24,000 nucleotides of DNA. Origin: Candidatus Terraquivivens tikiterensis (GTDB taxonomy: Archaea; Thermoproteota; Nitrososphaeria_A; Caldarchaeales; Wolframiiraptoraceae). Positions 1-9,069 of this stretch are shown one piece after another. A program made the translations under genes and the position numbers. Where the stretch lies: assembly GCA_003056285.1 (NCBI GenBank), contig NDWU01000002.1, forward strand, positions 70,839-94,838. Direction: 5' to 3'. The stretch's first letter is position 1. Every line of letters starts with the position of its first letter. Below the pieces are notes generated by a model. The model did not search any database. It was given only the letters and a program-made list of their open reading frames with translations, and was not told the DNA's origin.

Positions 1-1
1 C

Positions 2-1324
2 GAGTTCGAGTTCAAGCTCGTCCCGAAGACGACGCGCGACGTCCTTAAGGAGTACGGGCTCGAAAAGACGTTCGACCCCGAGAACCCTATAAACACAGAC
101 GTGAAGCTGGCAGAAAAGTTCTATGAGGCAGGTTACGACCTGGCGCTAAGGCTCGGCATGTTCTGTCCGGACACGAAGAGGAGAGTAATGTTCACAGAGG
201 AGGAGATTAAGGAGGCTTTAAGGAACGCTCCGACCGAGGTTACGCTCGGTTACGGCAAGGACAGGGTAACGATAAGGAGCAGGAGGCCTGAAGACAGGAA
301 TCCCCCTGTAGCCGAGGGCTCTGCCTTGGGCATGTCTGTAAGCGAAGAGTACTTCATACCCCTTTGCATGGCCATAGCGCAGTACAAGGTTATAGATATC
401 ATCCTAGCGCCAACTTTGGATACGATAAACGGACGTGAGATCAGGGCGAGGACACCGTACGAGAGCATCATGGGGATGTACGAGGCCAAGTACGTCAAGG
501 AGGCGCTTAGGCGCGTAGGAAGGCCAGGTATGCCGCTTCACGGCGTTGAGGGCGCTCCTACAGAATATGGCTACTTTTCCGGATTCCTTTGGGGTGGGTT
601 TGAGCCTGAAAGGACGATAGGCATAGCGCTCATACCAGAGCCGGTAACGCTCTCTTACCAGATCCTCCATAGGGTCGTCGTCAATCACCTGGTAGGCTCG
701 CCCCTCGAGGCGGGACACATGCTGAACATAGGTGGTTACTTCGGCTCGCCGGAGGGCGCGGCCGTCGGGGCCGTTGCCGCTCAGATCCTTCAGACGGCCT
801 CGATGTTTCCGACGGTAGTTGAAAGCACTATACTTGACGCGAGGTACTTTGCAAACACGAGCAGGGAGGCCCTCTGGGCTACGAGCACGAGCATGCAGGC
901 AAGGACTATTGGCAACAAGGTGATGAACCTAGGAATAACTAGTCAGGTGAGCGGTCCATGCACGGACATGCTATTGTACGAGACGACCACGATAGCCATA
1001 GCGGACTCTGTTTCGGGCGTAGCGATCGAGATAGGAACGAGGCCGGCGGCGTGTAGGTACAAAGATTACGGGAGCGCGCTCGAAAACAAGTTCTTCGCAG
1101 AGGTCCTAAAATCTTCGGCCAAGAATTTGAAGCTAACTGACGCGAACGAGATAGTGAGGGCCCTGCTTCCCAAGTACGAGCACAAGCTCAAGGACCCGCC
1201 GAAAGGAAAGAGCTTCCCGGAGTGCACGGACCTGAGGACGCTCCGGCCTTCTAAAGAATGGCTGGAGATATACGAAAGGGTCTGGAAGGAGCTCGAGGAC
1301 TTAGGCCTCCCCCGGTGGGAGTAG
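2..1324 (+). CDS. MtmB-family (monomethylamine methyltransferase-like) protein, non-pyrrolysine homolog; 5' end cut by window edge
   Basis: The frame is open from nt 2; EFEFKLVPKTTRDVLKEYGLEKTFDPENPINTD precedes the first Met at 101. It aligns by hand with Methanosarcina MtmB over the whole length: YGL..F, F/YC.DT.R.V.FTE.EI, GRPGM...G, and the C-terminal GK.F.EC.D..T..P..E....Y......LEDLGL. The codon aligned with the MtmB UAG (Pyl) codon is CAC (His) at 539-541 (GRPGMPLHGVEG versus GRPGMGVOGPET). Confidence 0.85.
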   Translation, partial: EFEFKLVPKTTRDVLKEYGLEKTFDPENPINTDVKLAEKFYEAGYDLALRLGMFCPDTKRRVMFTEEEIKEALRNAPTEVTLGYGKDRVTIRSRRPEDRNPPVAEGSALGMSVSEEYFIPLCMAIAQYKVIDIILAPTLDTINGREIRARTPYESIMGMYEAKYVKEALRRVGRPGMPLHGVEGAPTEYGYFSGFLWGGFEPERTIGIALIPEPVTLSYQILHRVVVNHLVGSPLEAGHMLNIGGYFGSPEGAAVGAVAAQILQTASMFPTVVESTILDARYFANTSREALWATSTSMQARTIGNKVMNLGITSQVSGPCTDMLLYETTTIAIADSVSGVAIEIGTRPAACRYKDYGSALENKFFAEVLKSSAKNLKLTDANEIVRALLPKYEHKLKDPPKGKSFPECTDLRTLRPSKEWLEIYERVWKELEDLGLPRWE

Positions 1325-1325
1325 C

Positions 1326-2684
1326 TTGCCGTTCAGGGAGTTAGCGTACAAAGACGCGGACGAGATGGTTTTTGGTTTTGCCAAAAGACCCCTAAGATAC
1401 GGGCTCGGGCTCTCTGTCGGCGAGGGCAAGGTCATCCCCGAAGTCAAGTACTTGTTAAAGCCAGGCCTTGAGCAGAACGTCGACATGCTCGTCGAGGAGT
1501 ACAGGAAGGTAACGCTATCTGTCATGGAAAGGGCCTTAAACTTGGGAGTAAACGATGTTCAGCTGGATACGGAGTTCATCGAACCCATGACGACAAACCC
1601 GAGCTGGGGGAGGGCTGTGATCCGTGCGCAGAAAGAGGTTCTTTCAACCTATTACGAGGAGCACGGGATCAGGTCAGCTCTCAGGGCCACGATAGCCGAC
1701 GTCAGGAGGTTTAGCAAAGGGCTTCGGAAGGGCGAGTACTTCCAAGCGGTCATGGACTCCTTCGCAGCCGCGGCAGAAAGCGGCGCAGACCTATTATCGA
1801 TAGAATCTAGAGGTGGGCAAGAAATTTTTTCCTACTCGCTAATAAGGAACGACCTGGCCGGAATCGTGTTTTCTTTAGGCGTACTGGCGCCGAGGGATGT
1901 TAGGTACGTTTGGAGGGAGATCGTAAGGAACGCAGGCAAGGCAATTCCCGCAGGGGACACGGCTTGCGCTTTAGCTAACAGCGCCATGGTCTTGGCGGAC
2001 GGCTTGGTTAACAGGAAGATACCGCATACGTTGGCCGCAGTCATCAGGGCGATGTCGGCCGTCAGGACTTTGGCATGCTACGAGGAGGGAGCGAGGGGCC
2101 CAGGGAAGGATTGTGCGTACGAGAACGTGATCATAAAGGCGATCACGGGATACCCTATGAGCATGGAGGGCAAGACCTCGGCCTTTGCCCACTCCAGCTT
2201 AGTAGGCAACGTCGTCGCGGCGGCCTGCGACCTTTGGTCCAACGAGACGATAGTCGTCGATGATACGTTCGGAGGCAAGACCACCGCCATAATATTTGAA
2301 ATCCTAAGCTACGACGCTGCTTTAATGAATGAGTCGATAACTTCGGGAAGCAGCATGACACTCCGGCGATTGTTCATCAACTCAGACAGGTACCGGGACC
2401 CGCAGGCTTTAATACTATCGCCAGACAACGCTTTCAGGATAGCTAGCGCCATCGTTTCAGCCAGCTCTGACTATGAAAGGGCTGTTCTTGCTGCGACCGA
2501 GGCGATATGCATACTCGAGGAAAATCTTGATAGGCTGAGGATGCCCGAGGTAGAGAGGAGGTACCTCGTTACGCTAAAGAAATTTTTCGAGGAGGCTCCC
2601 GAGGAGAATAGGTTGATTGAAGAATCCATCAGGAAATACAGCGGAAAGGTTTCTGAATTCAACCCGGCCAACTACGAACTTTAA
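1326..2684 (+). CDS. mtaB: MtaB-family methanol:corrinoid methyltransferase homolog
   Basis: Strong hand alignment to M. barkeri MtaB: YKDADEMVFG, NPSWG, GIRSALR.TIADVR, ADLLSIESRGGQE, GDTACALAN, GPGKDCAYENVIIKAITGYPMSMEGKTS, CDLWSNE, SDRYRDPQA, and the ending F.P.NYEL. The residues matching the MtaB Zn ligands are conserved: Glu in SIESRGG, Cys in GDTAC, Cys in GKDC. TTG start lies 1 nt after the upstream stop codon. Confidence 0.9.
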   Translation: MPFRELAYKDADEMVFGFAKRPLRYGLGLSVGEGKVIPEVKYLLKPGLEQNVDMLVEEYRKVTLSVMERALNLGVNDVQLDTEFIEPMTTNPSWGRAVIRAQKEVLSTYYEEHGIRSALRATIADVRRFSKGLRKGEYFQAVMDSFAAAAESGADLLSIESRGGQEIFSYSLIRNDLAGIVFSLGVLAPRDVRYVWREIVRNAGKAIPAGDTACALANSAMVLADGLVNRKIPHTLAAVIRAMSAVRTLACYEEGARGPGKDCAYENVIIKAITGYPMSMEGKTSAFAHSSLVGNVVAAACDLWSNETIVVDDTFGGKTTAIIFEILSYDAALMNESITSGSSMTLRRLFINSDRYRDPQALILSPDNAFRIASAIVSASSDYERAVLAATEAICILEENLDRLRMPEVERRYLVTLKKFFEEAPEENRLIEESIRKYSGKVSEFNPANYEL

Positions 2685-2687
2685 GGT

Positions 2688-3629
2688 TCATCTTGATTTC
2701 TTGAAAGGTTTACCTAGAGAGGCTGGACCCTTAACCTTCCTGCCAGCAACGAGCAGAAGGACTATCGTAAATAAATAAGGTAGCATCAAGGCGAACTGGT
2801 ATGGCAAAAAAGGCACGTTGAACGCCTGAATCCTCAGCTGGAGGGCGTCGATGAAGCTGAAAATGAAAGCAGCGCCGAGTAGCAGCAATGGGTTCCACCT
2901 GGAGAGTATGACCAGCGCTATCGCTATGTAGCCCCTTCCCTGCGTCATGTTGTCCAAGAACATGTTGTAGTAACCTATCGAGAGGAGCGCACCCGCTATA
3001 CCGGCGATTCCCCCCTCTAGAACGAGCAGGGCGTAGCGCGTCAGGTTTACGTTGATTCCGAGGTAGTCGGCCGTCTGCGGGTCCTCGCCCATGGCCCTGA
3101 TCTTCAGGCCGCTTTCCGTTCTAAAGAGTAGCCACCAACTTAAAAAAACCAACGCAAGAGCCGCATACGTATGTGGGAGGTGGTTAAACAGGACCTTGCC
3201 CAGTATCGGTATCTGGGAGAGAACAGGTATCTCTACAGGTTGGAGCGTCGTTTCAACGTGTGGCGGTATGGGGCTAACGTACCAACCGAAGCTTGCCCTG
3301 TAGAAGTAAGAGGTTATGCCGATTGTTAGGAGGTTGAGCGCCAGGCCCGTGACCATCTGGTCTAGGGCTAAAGTTATCGTCAATAGGGCGAATAGCATGC
3401 ACAGGGCAACACCGGCGATGCTTGCGGCCAACATAGCGTAGCCTAGGCTACCGGTGTAGAAAGCGACCATAAAGGCCGTAAAAGCACCAACCAGCATCGC
3501 GCCCTCAAGGCTAAGGTTCAGGATACCGCTCCGCTCGACGAGCAGCTCTGCCAGCCCGGCCAATAGGATGGGCGTGAGCAAACTCACGCTAGAATAAAGC
3601 AAACCTACCACGATCTCGACGCTTACCAC
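2688..3629 (-). CDS. ABC transporter permease (BMP/nucleoside-sugar type, second permease)
   Basis: 313-aa polytopic hydrophobic protein, last gene of the SBP-ATPase-permease-permease operon. GTG start overlaps the upstream permease stop by 7 nt. Resembles the YufQ/NupQ type of the ribose-family (RbsC-like) permeases. Confidence 0.85.
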   Translation of the reverse strand: MVSVEIVVGLLYSSVSLLTPILLAGLAELLVERSGILNLSLEGAMLVGAFTAFMVAFYTGSLGYAMLAASIAGVALCMLFALLTITLALDQMVTGLALNLLTIGITSYFYRASFGWYVSPIPPHVETTLQPVEIPVLSQIPILGKVLFNHLPHTYAALALVFLSWWLLFRTESGLKIRAMGEDPQTADYLGINVNLTRYALLVLEGGIAGIAGALLSIGYYNMFLDNMTQGRGYIAIALVILSRWNPLLLLGAAFIFSFIDALQLRIQAFNVPFLPYQFALMLPYLFTIVLLLVAGRKVKGPASLGKPFKKSR

Positions 3630-4696
3630 AGCTTCAACCTCTCCATGGCTTTCTTAGCCAGCTTATCCTCGACGAAGTAGCTAGCAAGAACGAATATTAT
3701 TATGAGCGCTTGGATTATGCCTGCCATGCCCACGGGTATCTGGGCCATCCTGTGCATTGTCATGCTTCCGTTTATTATCCCGCCTAAGAAAAAGGAGGTC
3801 AAGGCTATCAGCAATGGGTTCAGGTAACCGAGCAGGGCGACGGCTATGCCCGTGTAACCGTATGGCGACGTCGGCGGGGACAACTCAAGCCTCATCTTAT
3901 GCTGTATTCCCAGAACCTCGAAACCCCCTGCTAGACCTGCCAAGAAGCCGCTTATGAGCATGGCCTGGATTACCAAACGCGTGACGTTTATGTTTGCGTA
4001 CTGCGCGGTCCTGGCGCTCGAGCCAAGCACATCCAACTTAAGCCCAAACGCCGTCCACCTCAAAAAGAAGTAAGCGAGAGGAACCACAACGGCGAAGGCC
4101 AACAAAACGCCTACATGTAGTCGGGTACCTTGCACGACTATCGGTGCCCAGAGTGCCGGGTTTATCGTCTCAGTCTCCGGGAACATGGAGACCGGGTCCC
4201 TAAATGGGCCGTGGAGGAGGTAGCTTACTAGATAAATGGCCACGTAATTGAACATCAGCGTGGTGATTACTTCGTTTATACCGTACGTTGCCTTTAGTAT
4301 GGCTGGTGGGAGTGCCCAGAGAGCTCCACCCAAGCCGGCGACTAGGACGATGACGGGAAAAGCCAAGGACGGAGGGGCATCTTTAAGCAGTATGCTCAGG
4401 ATTGCCGTCACCATTCCGCCGACGTAGAACTGCCCTTCTGCTCCTATGTTCCATATCCTTGCCTTGAAAACCGTCGCAAGCCCTATGCTTATCAGCAGCA
4501 AAGGCGTCGCCCTTATTAACGTCTCCGGGATCGCTGGAGGCGAAAAGGCGCCTTGAAAGAGCCAGTAGTAAGCCTGTAAGGGGTCTTTACCAACGGAAGA
4601 AATTATTATTATGCCAGCGAAGAAGGCAAGGCCGATGGTTGAGAGGGCCAGTGCCGCCCTAATCAGTAGAAACCGTCGCTCTAACGTTATGCCCAA
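3623..4696 (-). CDS. ABC transporter permease (BMP/nucleoside-sugar type, first permease)
   Basis: 357-aa multi-TM protein with an NIGAEGQ motif typical of RbsC/YufP-like permeases. TTG start overlaps the 3' end of the ATPase gene by 38 nt. Confidence 0.85.
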   Translation of the reverse strand: MGITLERRFLLIRAALALSTIGLAFFAGIIIISSVGKDPLQAYYWLFQGAFSPPAIPETLIRATPLLLISIGLATVFKARIWNIGAEGQFYVGGMVTAILSILLKDAPPSLAFPVIVLVAGLGGALWALPPAILKATYGINEVITTLMFNYVAIYLVSYLLHGPFRDPVSMFPETETINPALWAPIVVQGTRLHVGVLLAFAVVVPLAYFFLRWTAFGLKLDVLGSSARTAQYANINVTRLVIQAMLISGFLAGLAGGFEVLGIQHKMRLELSPPTSPYGYTGIAVALLGYLNPLLIALTSFFLGGIINGSMTMHRMAQIPVGMAGIIQALIIIFVLASYFVEDKLAKKAMERLKLW

Positions 4697-6179
4697 GCCC
4701 CTCGCCCGCCAGCATGTACGAGCCTATCATCACAGGGTCTGCCTCTTCCTTCTCAAAAATCTTCACGATCTTTCCGTCGCTGATTACGGCTATCCTATCG
4801 CTAAGCTCCAAGATCTCGTCAAGGTCGGAGGAGACGAGGAGTATCCCGACGCCTTTGGAGGCAAGCTCTGAAAGCGCCTTCCTTACTTGGTAGGCAGACT
4901 TGGCGTCTAAGCCCGCCGTAGGCTGCTCGGCTATCAAGACCTCCGACGGCGTTAGTATCTCCCGGCCCACTATGATCTTCTGAATGTTTCCGCCCGAAAG
5001 GTACTTCACCGGGGTCTTGAGACTCGGCGTCCTTACATTCATGAACGACACGACCCTTTTCGCAAACTCATTCATCTTGGAAAAGTTTAGGAAATTACCG
5101 CGTTCTACGAATTCTTCGTCATCAAAACGTCTAAGGACGCTGTTTACCGCCACGCTGAGCGTCGGGGCTACGCCGAGCTCCATCCTCTCCGCAGGTATGT
5201 AATTCATCCTGCCCGAGTAACTGTTCTTTCTTTCGAAGATTATTTCACCATAAACTGGCCTCCTAAGACCTGCTATGGCCTCGACCAGCTCCTTTTGACC
5301 GTTACCCTCGACGCCTGCTACCCCTAAAACCTCGCCCGCATACAGCTCGAAGGATACGCCCTTTACCTTGCAAAGACCCCTGTCGTCGTTCACAACCAAA
5401 TTTTTTACGGTTAACAGGGCTTCTTTGCTGTGCGATGGCCTAGCATTCGCAACCGCGGGCACAAGCCTTTCCCCGACCATCAACTCGACAAGGTAGGATT
5501 CATCCCTTACCTCATCCTTATCCAGCGTGGCCACGACGCGCCCCATCCTCATGACCGTTATCCTATCGCTTACGTGCATGGCTTCGCGAATCTTGTGCGT
5601 AATCAAGACTATGCTGTATCCCTTATACGAAAGGGACTTGAGTAAAGCAAGAAACCTGTCGATCTCTGGGCCGCAGAGCATAGACGTTGGCTCGTCGAAT
5701 ATTAAGATCCTGGCCTTGCTTAGCAAGAGCCTTAGTATCTCTACCCTCTGCCTCTCGCCTACAGAGAGAGCATAAACCGGCGAGTCTAGCCTTACCTTGA
5801 ACCCAAGCGTCCTCGAGAGATCCTCAACTTCCGTAAGCATTCGCCTCATGTCGAATCTTTGGCCAACGAGCCCGAGCCTCAGGTTCTCCAGCACGCTCAT
5901 CGTCGGTATGAGCGTGAGGTGCTGGTGGACCATCCCTATGCCCTTCCTTAGGGCGTCCGACGGTGACCTGAATTCAACCCTTTCCCCCTCGACGTATATA
6001 AAGCCGCTCGTCGGTTTGAGGCAACCGCTTAGTATCTTCATGAGTGTCGTTTTTCCTGCTCCGTTCTCGCCTAGTAACGCATGCACCTCGCCCTTCCTTA
6101 AATCAAAATCAACCTCGTAATTTGCCACTATGCCTCCGGGGTAAACCTTCGTTATCTTTTTCAGCTCGGCCGCGAGCAT
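4659..6179 (-). CDS. ABC transporter ATP-binding protein, duplicated ATPase domains (RbsA/YufO type)
   Basis: Domain 1 has Walker A GENGAGKTT, signature LSVGERQRVEI and Walker B ILIFDEPT. Domain 2 has GVEGNGQKE, LSGGNIQK and LLIAEQPTAGLD. 506 aa. Confidence 0.9.
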   Translation of the reverse strand: MLAAELKKITKVYPGGIVANYEVDFDLRKGEVHALLGENGAGKTTLMKILSGCLKPTSGFIYVEGERVEFRSPSDALRKGIGMVHQHLTLIPTMSVLENLRLGLVGQRFDMRRMLTEVEDLSRTLGFKVRLDSPVYALSVGERQRVEILRLLLSKARILIFDEPTSMLCGPEIDRFLALLKSLSYKGYSIVLITHKIREAMHVSDRITVMRMGRVVATLDKDEVRDESYLVELMVGERLVPAVANARPSHSKEALLTVKNLVVNDDRGLCKVKGVSFELYAGEVLGVAGVEGNGQKELVEAIAGLRRPVYGEIIFERKNSYSGRMNYIPAERMELGVAPTLSVAVNSVLRRFDDEEFVERGNFLNFSKMNEFAKRVVSFMNVRTPSLKTPVKYLSGGNIQKIIVGREILTPSEVLIAEQPTAGLDAKSAYQVRKALSELASKGVGILLVSSDLDEILELSDRIAVISDGKIVKIFEKEEADPVMIGSYMLAGEGLGHNVRATVSTD

Positions 6180-6234
6180 TGCACCGCACCTACAAAAAAA
6201 TAGGAAGGGTTTACGTACTCGTCTTCGATTTAAA

Positions 6235-7320
6235 TCATTTCCACCTTTCTGGAACCCAATCCTCGTATATCGGAACGACGAGCTTCCCCTCGATTATCTG
6301 CTTCTCAAGAGCCTCGGTTAGCTCCAGAACGTCCGGCGGGACTTTCTTCTTTAGTTCGGGGTTCCATACCAGCTTAGCCCATCCCTCTTTCATGCCCCAG
6401 TTGTACACTCCGCCCTTCCACTTGCCCGATTGCTTCATCTCGACGAGGTGCTTGACGAACGACTTCAGGTCCCAAGTCACGCTGGCCAGGACGACGTCCG
6501 GTGCTAAGCCAGACTGGTCGACGATGTTACCGAAGCAGTAGACGGTCTTGCCCTCTTTTAGAGCATCCTTGGCGGCTTCGAAGGGCCCGTACCTTTCGGC
6601 GTATATGAAATCAGCACCAGCCTCGATCAACGCCTTTGCCGCCTCCTTTCCCTTTACGGGATCGAACCAGCTCTCGATGAATATCGCCCTGATGTCTACG
6701 TTCGGGTTTACAGACTTCGCGCCAGCAGCAAATGCGTTAACTAGCCTGTTAACGTCTGGTACGGCATATGCGGTAACGACGCCCACGATGTTTGTCTTGG
6801 TCATCTTGCCGGCAACCACGCCGGCCAGATAGGCCGCGTCCTGGATCCAGTAATCGTAGAGCACGACGTTGGGTGGGTATTCTAAGTCCGTTGGACCTGA
6901 GCCTTGCGCAAAAGCTACGTTAGGAAACTCTTTCGCAACCTTTATCGTCACCTCATGGTATCCCCAGCTGTGGGGTACTATTATATCATAGCCCGCTGCT
7001 ATGTACTCCCTGATTACCCTCTCAACGTCCGCAGTGTCGACCTTCTCAGAGTATACGTATTCCACGCCTAGATTCTGGACGGCCCAGGTCATGGCCTCGT
7101 GCATGACGGTGTTCCAAGGTTCCTCTATAGGCGTTACGTAGATGACCGCGACCCTTACCTTCTTAGTAGGGCTAGGCTGCTGGGGCGTAACCCCTGCAAA
7201 CGAGGACGCATACCAAGCCACGACGCCTACGACGATGGCAACGAGCACTACGATGGCAACGGCGGCCGTCCTCGAGATTCCCCTGTTCTTGCCATAACGG
7301 GCCGCGCGTGTTTGTACCAT
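6235..7320 (-). CDS. BMP-family (Med/PnrA-like) ABC substrate-binding protein with N-terminal membrane anchor
   Basis: N-terminal TM helix (AAVAIVVLVAIVVGVVAWY), then a Pro/Gln-rich linker, then a periplasmic-binding fold resembling basic membrane protein family SBPs (VAVIYV...PWN; GYDIIV.HS; GVVTAY..P.V; YAERYG). First gene of the importer operon. Confidence 0.85.
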   Translation of the reverse strand: MVQTRAARYGKNRGISRTAAVAIVVLVAIVVGVVAWYASSFAGVTPQQPSPTKKVRVAVIYVTPIEEPWNTVMHEAMTWAVQNLGVEYVYSEKVDTADVERVIREYIAAGYDIIVPHSWGYHEVTIKVAKEFPNVAFAQGSGPTDLEYPPNVVLYDYWIQDAAYLAGVVAGKMTKTNIVGVVTAYAVPDVNRLVNAFAAGAKSVNPNVDIRAIFIESWFDPVKGKEAAKALIEAGADFIYAERYGPFEAAKDALKEGKTVYCFGNIVDQSGLAPDVVLASVTWDLKSFVKHLVEMKQSGKWKGGVYNWGMKEGWAKLVWNPELKKKVPPDVLELTEALEKQIIEGKLVVPIYEDWVPERWK

Positions 7321-7342
7321 GTACCAGCAAAATTCTTCCCAA

Positions 7343-7355
7343 TATTTATTTATAG
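7343..7355 (-). promoter_or_regulatory. Candidate TATA box for the BMP ABC-importer operon
   Basis: The minus strand reads CTATAAATAAATA, centred about 30 nt upstream of the SBP ATG (7320). Confidence 0.4.
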
Positions 7356-7488
7356 CTTTACATGTTCATGTAAAAATTATGCCGGCGTGGCAAACGGCAT
7401 GACGTCGGAGCTTTTCGGCTCTAATAACGCTTGGCAGAAAACAGACGCTTTGGGCAACTCTTTTAAAGCCGCACCATCCTGTTGTTTT

Positions 7489-9069
7489 ATGGAAAGGGCT
7501 TTTGTCAACGAGATGACATGGTTGAGGATGTCTCAGTCCGGCCTTACCGAAGAGTTCCATAGGAAGTACGAAGAGGCCTTGGAGATCGTCGGCTCACAGC
7601 TTGGACAGCACCATCCTATCTACGTAGGCGGAGAGCCGGTATTTTCCGACGCGGGCGAGTTTCTCGACAGGTCGCCCATAGACACGCGAACCGTCATTGG
7701 TTACTTTCAAAGGGCCCAAAGGAAGCATGTTAGGATGGCCATAGAGTCGGCTAAGGAAGGCTTCGAGCGCTGGGGCTACCTAGATTGGAGGAAAAGGGTA
7801 GGGGTCATGAGAAAGGCAGCAGACATCATGTCGGATGAGAAGTTTCTCCTGGCGGCTCTCATAACGCTGGAGAATGGCAAGAACAGGTTTGAGGCGATGG
7901 CAGACGTTGACGAGGCCATAGACTACCTCAGGTACTATGCGTACCTTATGGAAATCAACGACGGCTTCGTAAAGAGGATGGGCTCAGTGTATCCTGGCGA
8001 ACATGCGTTGAGCGTGATGAAACCTTACGGTGTATGGGCAATCGTATCGCCGTTTAACTTTCCCTTAGCGATACTAACAGGCATGAGCAGCGGCGCCCTC
8101 GTAACCGGCAACACGGTAGTCCTCAAGCCTGCGAGCGATACTCCATACATCGCGTTGAGGTACTACGAGATTTTGATAAGGGCCGGGGTACCAAAGGATG
8201 CTGTTAACTACGTAACGGGCTCCGGAAAGGAGCTGCAGGATGAGTTCTTGGAGAATGAAGACCTGATGGGTATAGCATTCACAGGCTCCTGGGAAGTAGG
8301 CTCAATGCTATATGCCCGCTTCAGCTCCAAGGCACCAAGACCATTCATAGCAGAGATGGGCGGCAAGAACGCGACGATAATCACGGAAAGCGCGGACATC
8401 GAGAAGGCCGTAGAGGGTGTGATAAGGGGCGCCTTCGGTTACGGAGGCCAGAAGTGCAGCGCGACGTCGAGGCTTCTGGTTCAAAGGAACGTTAAGGAGA
8501 GGTTCCTCAGGAGGCTCTTGGAGAGGCTGCCGGAGTTTAAGGTAGGCGACCCAAGGAGAAGGGATGTTTTCATGGGACCTTTAATAAACGAGAGGGCGCT
8601 AAAGAATTACATAGAGTACGTGGAGCTTGCGAAGAAGGACGGCCGCGTGCTCTACGGCGGGAAGGTTCTTAAAGACGGCGAGTTTGCCAACGGGTACTAC
8701 GTCGAGCCGACAGTCGTTGAGGGCCTGTCGAGGGAGCACAGGCTATGGAAGGAGGAGCTATTCGTTCCGATCCTATTGGTTAAAGAGTTTGATACGCTGG
8801 AAGAGGCCATAGAGATGGCTAACGACTCGGATTATGGCTTGACAGCTGGCATCTTCTCCAAAAACAAAGACGATGTTAAGATGTTCTTTGAGAGAATACA
8901 GGCCGGCGTTGCTTACGCGAACAGGATTGTCGGCTCAACAACGGGTGCCGTCGTGGGCGTCCAGGCCTTTGGCGGCTGGAAGCGTAGCGGCTCGACAGGA
9001 AAGGGTGCTGGCGGTGTTTACTACCTGTACCAATTCATGAGGGAACAGAGCCAGTCGACTTACGATTGA
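7489..9069 (+). CDS. Aldehyde dehydrogenase, 1-pyrroline-5-carboxylate (L-glutamate gamma-semialdehyde) dehydrogenase type
   Basis: ALDH superfamily motifs are present: VSPFNFP, FTGS..VG, EMGGKNA and GQKCSA (catalytic Cys). The RocA/PruA-type N-terminus is present (F.NE....; HHPIYVGGE; NGKN..EA.ADV.EAIDYLRYYA). The start was chosen at the ATG giving MERAFVNEMTW, which matches the homolog N-terminus. An in-frame ATG at 7399 is an alternative. The track start at 7099 overlaps the divergent SBP gene and is rejected. Confidence 0.85.
   Translation: MERAFVNEMTWLRMSQSGLTEEFHRKYEEALEIVGSQLGQHHPIYVGGEPVFSDAGEFLDRSPIDTRTVIGYFQRAQRKHVRMAIESAKEGFERWGYLDWRKRVGVMRKAADIMSDEKFLLAALITLENGKNRFEAMADVDEAIDYLRYYAYLMEINDGFVKRMGSVYPGEHALSVMKPYGVWAIVSPFNFPLAILTGMSSGALVTGNTVVLKPASDTPYIALRYYEILIRAGVPKDAVNYVTGSGKELQDEFLENEDLMGIAFTGSWEVGSMLYARFSSKAPRPFIAEMGGKNATIITESADIEKAVEGVIRGAFGYGGQKCSATSRLLVQRNVKERFLRRLLERLPEFKVGDPRRRDVFMGPLINERALKNYIEYVELAKKDGRVLYGGKVLKDGEFANGYYVEPTVVEGLSREHRLWKEELFVPILLVKEFDTLEEAIEMANDSDYGLTAGIFSKNKDDVKMFFERIQAGVAYANRIVGSTTGAVVGVQAFGGWKRSGSTGKGAGGVYYLYQFMREQSQSTYD

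Noticed and set aside
7099-7488. Long N-terminal extension of the aldehyde dehydrogenase ORF (track start 7099)
   Set aside because: It overlaps the divergent SBP gene and the bidirectional AT-rich promoter region. Its composition is non-protein-like (Arg/Gly/Asp-rich shadow). Homologous P5C dehydrogenases begin at the position equivalent to 7489. ATG 7399 remains a possible alternative start.
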